Origin: an uncultured Opitutales bacterium | GTDB lineage: Bacteria; Verrucomicrobiota; Verrucomicrobiia; Opitutales; Intestinicryptomonadaceae | Direction: 5' to 3' | DNA: 32,000 nucleotides | Assembly (NCBI GenBank): GCA_934613415.1 | Contig: CAKTSY010000001.1 | Span: forward strand, 300,001 to 332,000 | Part shown: one piece after another, positions 8,016 through 14,529 of the stretch | How the letters are laid out: every line of letters begins with the position of its first letter | How positions within the stretch are numbered: the stretch's first letter is position 1 | The notes under the pieces: model-generated | The model's database searches: none | Told to the model about the DNA's origin: nothing | Seen by the model: the letters and a program-made list of their open reading frames with translations, nothing else | Translations under genes and position numbers: made by a program

Positions 8016-9116
8016 TTATTTAAAGAAAATTTCAGAATCTACACCCATAATTTTTGCATTCTCGATAGCCGCAATCTGAATGGGATTAAATTTTACAAAC
8101 TTATGTTCGATGTTTTTGCCGTCTTTATTAAAAACAATGCTAAGCGAACCGCTATTTTCTACAATATCTGCTATCTTCTGCAAAGTTAGCGTCTTAAAAT
8201 CAACGCCGTTAATTTTCAAAATTTCGGCAGTTAACACACCCTTTTTTGCAAAATCTTTATATAAATATTTAGACCATTCTTTGTTTAATTCTATGCGGTT
8301 TAATAAAATTTCTATTCCGTAATAGCCCTTGTTTTTTTCTGTTTTTAATTTGTAGGTTATGGGGTCAAAAAATTTATAGTCTGCAAGGGATATATGCTTT
8401 TTGTTAAACGAGTTTTCCACTTTAAACTTAAAATTTAAATTCGGAACATCAATTTGCAGATATTCAAGCATATCGTTTTTTGCCAAACTTGCCTTAATAG
8501 AAAACTTGCCGTCGCATATAACATCTATCTTTTTATTGGAAAGCAATTGCTTTATGTTGGCTTTTACCGCCTCTTTTAGTTCTGCTACAACTGCGGTGTT
8601 TAGTCTTGTACGGTAGTCTTTTGTCAACTCGTCAAGTATAGACGAAATATTTTCTACACTTGGGCACAAATAACGCTGCACATTCGGGTAAGTTCTATTT
8701 TCTGTAAACAGTCTTGAATATTCGTCGCTTGTGTATCTGTCGTTTTCCGAATTTTTACGAAATACGCCGGCTTTGGAATATATTTTGCGCTCATTATATT
8801 TTTTTGGCATAGCGGCGGCATTGGCTTCCATAACTTCCGTATTCTCAAGAACGAAAGCTTCGCTAGCATTTACGTTATAGGTTATGGAGCTTTCCGCATA
8901 CCAGTCGTTTGAAAAAGATGCTTTTGTTTCTACAAACTCTATTTTTGCATCGTTCAAAATTTCGAAAAACTGCATAGATTTAACATCGTTTTTTAAAGAC
9001 AAATGCTCGGCAAGCCCTTGCATTGAAAAGTCGCCTGCATACATCGCCCCTCCGCCAATTGCAAAGACAAAAAATCCAACTTTTAGAACAAACTTTTTTG
9101 CACAAACAAATTTCAT
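8016..9116 (-). CDS. secreted hypothetical protein (P3): LolA-like region plus C-terminal PDZ-like domain
   Basis: 366-aa ORF with a hydrophobic N-terminus (FVLKVGFFVFAIGGGAMYA). The C-terminal segment GVLTAEILKINGVDFKTLTLQKIADIVENSGSLSIVFNKDGKNIEHKF has the PDZ pattern (xILxINGxxV...LxVxRxG-like). Confidence 0.6.
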   Translation of the reverse strand: MKFVCAKKFVLKVGFFVFAIGGGAMYAGDFSMQGLAEHLSLKNDVKSMQFFEILNDAKIEFVETKASFSNDWYAESSITYNVNASEAFVLENTEVMEANAAAMPKKYNERKIYSKAGVFRKNSENDRYTSDEYSRLFTENRTYPNVQRYLCPSVENISSILDELTKDYRTRLNTAVVAELKEAVKANIKQLLSNKKIDVICDGKFSIKASLAKNDMLEYLQIDVPNLNFKFKVENSFNKKHISLADYKFFDPITYKLKTEKNKGYYGIEILLNRIELNKEWSKYLYKDFAKKGVLTAEILKINGVDFKTLTLQKIADIVENSGSLSIVFNKDGKNIEHKFVKFNPIQIAAIENAKIMGVDSEIFFK

Positions 9117-9143
9117 AACACTCTTTCTTTTGTATCCATTGGT

Positions 9144-9190
9144 AGAATAAGTTTTAAGGCAAATACAGTCAAGTATTTTTGTGATATTTT
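9144..9190 (-). promoter_or_regulatory. sigma70-type promoter TTGACT-N17-TATTCT with upstream 15-mer, drives 8016-9116/6986-8008
   Basis: Minus strand reads AAAATATCACAAAAATACTTGACTGTATTTGCCTTAAAACTTATTCTACC. The -35 is at 9167-9172 and the -10 at 9144-9149. Near-identical to the cassette at 13343-13389. Confidence 0.6.
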
Positions 9191-9239
9191 CATGTCAGCG
9201 CTTTTGGTAAATCGGTATAAGTTATTTAGCAAAGCAACT

Positions 9240-10199
9240 TCATTTTTCTTTCAATTTTGCCGCATAAAACGCGGGATTTTCCGAACCATTATATATAATG
9301 ACTTCGTTTTCAACAAACTCTACACGCCCCATAAAAAAATCCTTCTTTGAATCAAAATCGATTCTCTTGCCAAACTTATCAAACAATTTAAGAGCTGCCA
9401 AGTTAAACACGCGTTTTTTTATAACACCAGAATCCTCGTCGACAACTATAATTTTATAATTACGCGTTCTAGACTTTTCGCTAACAACAAGCACTTTATT
9501 GTCGATATTCCAACCCGTTGAGCGCAAATATATCTGTTTTTCTATATTCTCAACAAAAGTATTGTACGGCAAGTCTTTCGAGTATTCTAAGTTTGCATTT
9601 TCCGGATAAAAGAACTGCATTACATTTGCATTTTCAATAGTTATATCATTTATTTTGCAAAAATTGCCATATATCCTGTTTTCAGACGGGGGTTTTTCCA
9701 AATCGTAAATCATAATAAAATCAGAAGTTGCTTCGCTTACTGCCACTCTCGGATAAAATTTTTTAAATATCAGATAACGCCCCGAAGGAGATTGCAACAT
9801 TGGAACGTCGTCAGACAAAGCAAAATGAAGCAATATATCAATAATTTTAAAGTCTTTTGCATCTACTATTATCGTGATTATTCCAAATTGCGAATCGCCC
9901 GAAAAAATCAGTCTGTTTTTATAAGCCGAATACCACAACAAACGCGAAAATGCCGAAGGAACTTTTAGCAACTTTTCACCGCACTCGTTTTCAATATACC
10001 TTGCAACATTTTCGGGGCACTTATCGCATTTAGATTCTATTAATTTATATTCGGCTCTTTTATTGGCAAACTTTTGTTTTAAATGTTCTGCCTTAGGGAA
10101 CACCGCTTGCATCTTGCAATCAAACACGACTTCGTGTTTAAGATTAAAACCAGCACTGGCAACCTGCAGCAACCCAATAAAAAGCAATATCATTCGCAT
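9240..10199 (-). CDS. secreted hypothetical protein (P4)
   Basis: 319-aa ORF with signal peptide MRMILLFIGLLQVASA. The composition is beta-rich with repeated hydrophobic-strand patterns, and no motif is recognised. Confidence 0.6.
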   Translation of the reverse strand: MRMILLFIGLLQVASAGFNLKHEVVFDCKMQAVFPKAEHLKQKFANKRAEYKLIESKCDKCPENVARYIENECGEKLLKVPSAFSRLLWYSAYKNRLIFSGDSQFGIITIIVDAKDFKIIDILLHFALSDDVPMLQSPSGRYLIFKKFYPRVAVSEATSDFIMIYDLEKPPSENRIYGNFCKINDITIENANVMQFFYPENANLEYSKDLPYNTFVENIEKQIYLRSTGWNIDNKVLVVSEKSRTRNYKIIVVDEDSGVIKKRVFNLAALKLFDKFGKRIDFDSKKDFFMGRVEFVENEVIIYNGSENPAFYAAKLKEK

Positions 10200-10217
10200 A
10201 ATTCGGCCAGACTTACA

Positions 10218-10892
10218 TTATTTTTTTCTTAATTTTTTTATAAAAAGAGCATTGTCGCCCAAAGCAGTATTAACTTTTTCACATTCGCCCAAATAAAAGC
10301 TTTTTGGCATTAATGCCCAATCTTTGATTGAAAAAGGATAATCGTCTACAAAATTCTTATATAAAGCCGCTATTTCCAACAACTCTTCGGGCGAAAACTC
10401 TATGAAATTTGTCATATAGCAAATCCATTCTCTTTTTGCAGCCTCAGTCAATCCATTAAGGTGCAACCTAATCGATATTTTTTTAGCATCACTAAGGCCC
10501 AACTTTGAACGCATCTGATATATTTCGTGAAACATAGATGAAGTTGCATATTGCAGAAGAAAATCCGTATTATTCGGAAATGAAGAATAATCGCTTTTTA
10601 TTAACGCTGTAGATTCGTTTGCAAACAATTTATATCTTATGCCAGAATTCTTGCATTCTATTTTTACAAAAACTACAATACCACTCAACAGCGAATTCTT
10701 ATTTATAATAAGTTGTCCGTCTTTTGCAGATTTTGATGAAATTCTTAACATTAAAGGCATTTTTTTATCTGCAAGCGAAAGCTTAACTTCAATGTCTGAC
10801 ATACTATTTATAATGTCTATATACTTAGTTGTAGCATTGCCCCAAAAGGCAGAAAAACACAATAAAATCAAGATATAGTAGAATTTTTTCAT
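10218..10892 (-). CDS. secreted hypothetical protein (P5), paralogue of P6
   Basis: Preferred start is ATG 10892 (MKKFYYILILLCFSAFWG, signal-like). An alternative in-frame ATG lies at 10913. Confidence 0.6.
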   Translation of the reverse strand: MKKFYYILILLCFSAFWGNATTKYIDIINSMSDIEVKLSLADKKMPLMLRISSKSAKDGQLIINKNSLLSGIVVFVKIECKNSGIRYKLFANESTALIKSDYSSFPNNTDFLLQYATSSMFHEIYQMRSKLGLSDAKKISIRLHLNGLTEAAKREWICYMTNFIEFSPEELLEIAALYKNFVDDYPFSIKDWALMPKSFYLGECEKVNTALGDNALFIKKLRKK

Positions 10893-10963
10893 ATCAATTA
10901 CATGTACATACATTTCCGTTTACGGATTTAACATCTTTTTTATCTTGGATTGCATGGCTTGTT

Positions 10964-11545
10964 CTACAATGCAAGTTTTTCTTTTTCGGGAACGTAGCTT
11001 TTGGCAAGAGCAAGCCACTGTTCTAAAACTTCGCCATCGAGAACGATTGGCTTTGAGTACACCGTCAATTTATTGGGATCTAAGCCTCTAATTTTCACAA
11101 AATTCTTTAAACTGGCAGATATTTCAATTGCTTTTACTTTTTTGGGGTTTGTATTTAAAATATTATCTTTTATAACTTCCAAAAGTTTTTCAACAAAGCC
11201 ATAAACCAAAAATTGATTCTTTAAAGCATTGCCATATGAACTTTCAACCCCACAGCTTATATAGTTTACATTGCTGCATTCGCGAATCATTACACTTTCG
11301 TTGTCATTCGCTCCCACTACACTAGCACATACAGAAACATACATAAAGTTTAACGCATATTCATTGAACGAAATTTCGCGCAAATCTTTGGATTTATCTA
11401 TAAAAAGCTTAAACGGCGCACGCAATTTTGGTTCTACAACCAAGCGCATTTTAAAGTTGTCGGCAAAAAACTTTAAATCGTCTGTTGTGTCTGCCACGGC
11501 ACACAACCCCAACATAAAAGACATGCAAATTATAAGTTTTTTCAT
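10964..11545 (-). CDS. secreted hypothetical protein (P6), paralogue of P5
   Basis: 193-aa ORF with signal peptide MKKLIICMSFMLGLCAVA. Collinear by-eye matches to P5 are given in the findings. Confidence 0.6.
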   Translation of the reverse strand: MKKLIICMSFMLGLCAVADTTDDLKFFADNFKMRLVVEPKLRAPFKLFIDKSKDLREISFNEYALNFMYVSVCASVVGANDNESVMIRECSNVNYISCGVESSYGNALKNQFLVYGFVEKLLEVIKDNILNTNPKKVKAIEISASLKNFVKIRGLDPNKLTVYSKPIVLDGEVLEQWLALAKSYVPEKEKLAL

Positions 11546-11587
11546 TTCACTTTAGGCATACGCTAATTACAAATGCGTGCGGTGGAG

Positions 11588-12256
11588 CTAGTTTTCTTCA
11601 CAATATGTTGCAATTTTGTTCTTATTTTTATCATAAACTGTACGAAATATCCCCGCAACTGACGCTAATTTAGTTTTAACCACATACTTTCCATCGGCAA
11701 AAATAATTTTTTGTGTCATCTCGCCATTGCTTTCGTCTTTTTTTAAAATCTCTATTTTGCCGTCGGGCAAATGCTTCATTTCGTATATCGTTTCGCCGTT
11801 TAGCACTGTTTTTACTTTTTCAAACTTTTCGTTATAAAAAAACTCCCTTACATTCCCCTCCGAATCGCTTTCTCTTATTATGTCGCCGTTGGCGTTAAAT
11901 AGGCGTGTAAGTTGCGTTTTCCATTCCTTATCGTTTGCAGACATCTTTTCGATTTTCCTTACTTTCATAGACGCTTTGCCCGGGGCTCCTATATACATTG
12001 TCCGTGTCTTTTCGCCTGTAGATGGGTTTTGCGTTATTTTTATCGCCTGTCTTACGCTATAGTCCCATATCTCGGCGTAGCGGTTTTCTGGCTTTTTGTA
12101 GGCTATAGTTACTTCCATTGTGCTGTTGTTGCGCCTGCGGTCTGCCTTAAATTCGCTATTATTATATTCGGGGCTGTCTTTGTCGTACAATGGGTTTCTT
12201 ACTGCATATTCGCCGCCGCTGTCGGATATTATCATACCGCTGGTTGCGTCCCCCAC
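11588..12256 (-). CDS. YD/RHS-repeat-like hypothetical protein (P7), possibly the C-terminal part of a frameshifted gene
   Basis: GTG start with no signal peptide. It has YD-repeat-flavoured segments (NANGDIIRESDSEGNVREFFYNEKF, HLPDGKIEILKKDESNGEM). It overlaps the 3' end of 12232-13158 by 25 nt across a G5 run. Confidence 0.55.
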   Translation of the reverse strand: MGDATSGMIISDSGGEYAVRNPLYDKDSPEYNNSEFKADRRRNNSTMEVTIAYKKPENRYAEIWDYSVRQAIKITQNPSTGEKTRTMYIGAPGKASMKVRKIEKMSANDKEWKTQLTRLFNANGDIIRESDSEGNVREFFYNEKFEKVKTVLNGETIYEMKHLPDGKIEILKKDESNGEMTQKIIFADGKYVVKTKLASVAGIFRTVYDKNKNKIATYCEEN

Positions 12257-13158
12257 TCTATGTAGCCACTAAGCCCACTGTTTTTATTAACTTGTTCAAC
12301 CCTATTGGCAAATACGTTTAGCTGCTTGCTTTCCTCTTTTGTAAGGCACTTGCGGCTTTTCTTTTCGTTGCAAGCTTTATAGGTATATTCAAGGCATTCG
12401 CCGTCTGTAAACTTTATAGACGATACCAATTTGCTGAGCCCAGCTACCCCGTTTTGCCCTATGGTTTTAAATTCTTTATAAGATATTTGAACCGACTTTT
12501 TGTCTTTTATAAATCTTATTTCAGACAACAACCCCTCGCTATTATACGCAAATTCTACCGCTATTGCTCGTTTTGTTTGGTTGTATATTACCGACGGAAA
12601 GCCATTGTTTTTATACGACACTCTAAAAACGTCGCCTCCCTCGCCTACGCAAAATTCCGCCAAACAACTGTTTTTAAATATAAACTTGTTTTTCGGATCT
12701 CGCACATTCGAGATATCTATTTGCTCGTTCTTGGCTATGTTCAGTTTCCAAGAGGCGTTTGTGTTTAATATATAGCTTTCCTTATAACCTCTTTCTGTTG
12801 TGGGGAGTTTATTAAATGTATATGTTCCGTGGTTGGGGCTTTTCCATAAATATCTGCTGTTCGACAGTTTTACCGCCTTTGTCTCTATAAAAGCTATGCT
12901 CCAATATTGCCCCATATATTTGGGCTCTAAATATGGCGCCGTGCAAAACTTAAAAAACATATCTGCTCTGCGACCGTTGCCCAGGTCTAGTTCGTAAAAA
13001 ACCTTGTCCATTCGGGCAAAGCCGTTGCTGTCGGCATTGCCTATGGGCGACTGCCGCGGCGAACGCACAAACTGCGCATTTGCCTGCAATGCAAACAACG
13101 CGCAAAATGCAAATGCAAGTTTTGCCGCAAAAACAAACACTTTGCGCAGCGTTCCCAT
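12232..13158 (-). CDS. secreted YD/RHS-repeat-like hypothetical protein (P8)
   Basis: ATG at 13158 gives MGTLRKVFVFAAKLAFAFCALFALQANA, which is signal-peptide-like; the track start at 13269 is TTG. The segment FRVSYKNNGFPSVIYNQTKRAIAVEFAYNSEGLLSEIRF resembles YD repeats. The start is 1 nt after the P9 stop. Confidence 0.6.
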   Translation of the reverse strand: MGTLRKVFVFAAKLAFAFCALFALQANAQFVRSPRQSPIGNADSNGFARMDKVFYELDLGNGRRADMFFKFCTAPYLEPKYMGQYWSIAFIETKAVKLSNSRYLWKSPNHGTYTFNKLPTTERGYKESYILNTNASWKLNIAKNEQIDISNVRDPKNKFIFKNSCLAEFCVGEGGDVFRVSYKNNGFPSVIYNQTKRAIAVEFAYNSEGLLSEIRFIKDKKSVQISYKEFKTIGQNGVAGLSKLVSSIKFTDGECLEYTYKACNEKKSRKCLTKEESKQLNVFANRVEQVNKNSGLSGYIEWGTQPAV

Positions 13159-13159
13159 A

Positions 13160-13315
13160 TTATTCGCCAAGCTGTTGCGGCATATTGTCTTCGCCAGGGT
13201 TGCCGCTGCAGCCTTTGTCTCCGGGTTCGCAACCTGCACAATCATCTGCCAACGCATTAAAAGACGCAAGCGTTATCATAAGCGCAAATATTATTTTTAT
13301 AATCTTAGTTTTCAT
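13160..13315 (-). CDS. 51-aa secreted pre-peptide with acidic Cys-containing mature region (P9)
   Basis: Sequence is MKTKIIKIIFALMITLASFNALA|DDCAGCEPGDKGCSGNPGEDNMPQQLGE. It has the best SD in the window (GAGGTG, 5 nt before ATG 13315) and lies directly downstream of a TTGACT-N17-TATTCT promoter. The upstream in-frame ATG at 13360 lies between the -35 and -10. The stop is TAA, then 1 nt, then the ATG of P8. Confidence 0.55.
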   Translation of the reverse strand: MKTKIIKIIFALMITLASFNALADDCAGCEPGDKGCSGNPGEDNMPQQLGE

Positions 13316-13342
13316 AACAACACCTCTTTTGTAGTTGTAGGT

Positions 13343-13389
13343 AGAATAAAAATCCCGCATAACACAGTCAAGATTTTTGTGATATTTTT
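13343..13389 (-). promoter_or_regulatory. sigma70-type promoter TTGACT-N17-TATTCT with upstream 15-mer, drives 13315->9240 unit
   Basis: Minus strand reads AAAAATATCACAAAAATCTTGACTGTGTTATGCGGGATTTTTATTCTACC. The -35 is at 13366-13371 and the -10 at 13343-13348. Confidence 0.6.
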
Positions 13390-13432
13390 ATATTTGCATA
13401 CTTTTAACAAATATAAATAGCGTTTTATATAC

Positions 13433-13476
13433 ATATAATAAAAATGTCTTTTGTCCCTATAGACAAAAGACATTTT
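13433..13476 (-). terminator. intrinsic terminator downstream of 13520-14521
   Basis: Perfect 15-bp inverted repeat aaaatgtcttttgtc / gacaaaagacatttt (13441-13455 / 13462-13476) with a 6-nt loop. On the minus strand it is followed by TTTTTATTAT. Confidence 0.75.
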
Positions 13477-13519
13477 GCGTATAAAACAGACAATTTGTCT
13501 GGAAAATTTATTGTTCGCT

Positions 13520-14521
13520 TTAATAGAATTTTACAATATCGCCAACGTCGAATGCAGTTGAATTTATTTCATCTATAAGCCTTGTATCTTTCGGTAAAGA
13601 TACGCATGATTTTTCAGCAATTTTTTGTTTGTCGGCAGAAATTTCTTTCACGACAACCGTTTGCCAAAATACGCGCTTTTGCCTAACCGACAAAATTTTG
13701 CCCTGCTCGTCCATCTTCGGGGCAATAACATTCATATTATAGACTATCTTTTTGGGAATTTTAACGCCGTTTTTTATTTTAGCAAAATCCGAATATATGT
13801 ATTCAGCAACTACGGGACTTTCTATTTCGTTGCCAAAAAAGTCTGTCAATAAAAAGCGGTGCTGAATGCTCGCTAAAGTTTTATCGGTTTTTGTGCCTAT
13901 AAAATTAAAAACGTACATATCCATTATCTTTATGCGCTTGTCTACAGCGTCTCTTTTGTCGACATAAAACGCAGCCTTAAAGCCATTTTCGGTTGCCGAA
14001 AAAACCAGCTTGTTGCCGTCTAGCCTAGACATTTGCAGTAGTTGGGCAAATGTTTTTGTAGGATATGTAAAATCGTCGTCTGGCACTTTAGCCAAAAAAT
14101 CCATATAAGACTGACGGCCTATATAAGGAGAGACTTCTTTTTTCACAACCGCAAGCTTTCTAGACGGAACGTATGTAAGCCAAATTTTGTCTTTTGTAAT
14201 CGCGCGAATATAATTTGCATTTACTTCGGTTGGCTTTTTATATGACACATAAAAAACCTGCCTGCCCGATTCGTCTACAACATATTCGCCGTAAAAACTT
14301 GGCGTTGAAAACTCTACTTCTTTTGGATTTACGCCTTTTGCAACAACCCCGTCAGATTCGCATTCGAACGAAATATATACGGGGATTTTCAGCGAATTAA
14401 ACTCGTTAAAAAGGCTAAAGGATTTGTCGACAATATTTTCGGCAAAAAGCCCAACCGAAAACGCACAAAAAAGCGCAACGGCAAAAACTCTTTTAAATAT
14501 TTTACAATTACTTGATTTCAT
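13520..14521 (-). CDS. secreted hypothetical protein, LolA/LppX-like paralogue (P10)
   Basis: 333-aa ORF with signal peptide FKRVFAVALFCAFSVGLFA. An SD-like AAGGTG lies 5 nt upstream of the ATG. Collinear similarity to P1. Confidence 0.65.
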   Translation of the reverse strand: MKSSNCKIFKRVFAVALFCAFSVGLFAENIVDKSFSLFNEFNSLKIPVYISFECESDGVVAKGVNPKEVEFSTPSFYGEYVVDESGRQVFYVSYKKPTEVNANYIRAITKDKIWLTYVPSRKLAVVKKEVSPYIGRQSYMDFLAKVPDDDFTYPTKTFAQLLQMSRLDGNKLVFSATENGFKAAFYVDKRDAVDKRIKIMDMYVFNFIGTKTDKTLASIQHRFLLTDFFGNEIESPVVAEYIYSDFAKIKNGVKIPKKIVYNMNVIAPKMDEQGKILSVRQKRVFWQTVVVKEISADKQKIAEKSCVSLPKDTRLIDEINSTAFDVGDIVKFY

Positions 14522-14529
14522 AACACACC

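Noticed and set aside
13358-13360. Upstream in-frame ATG at 13360, which would give a 66-aa version of the small peptide ORF (MRDFYSTYNYKRGVV-MKTK...).
   Set aside because: It lies between the predicted -35 and -10 hexamers and has no SD. The ATG at 13315 has GAGGTG 5 nt upstream and starts a canonical signal peptide.
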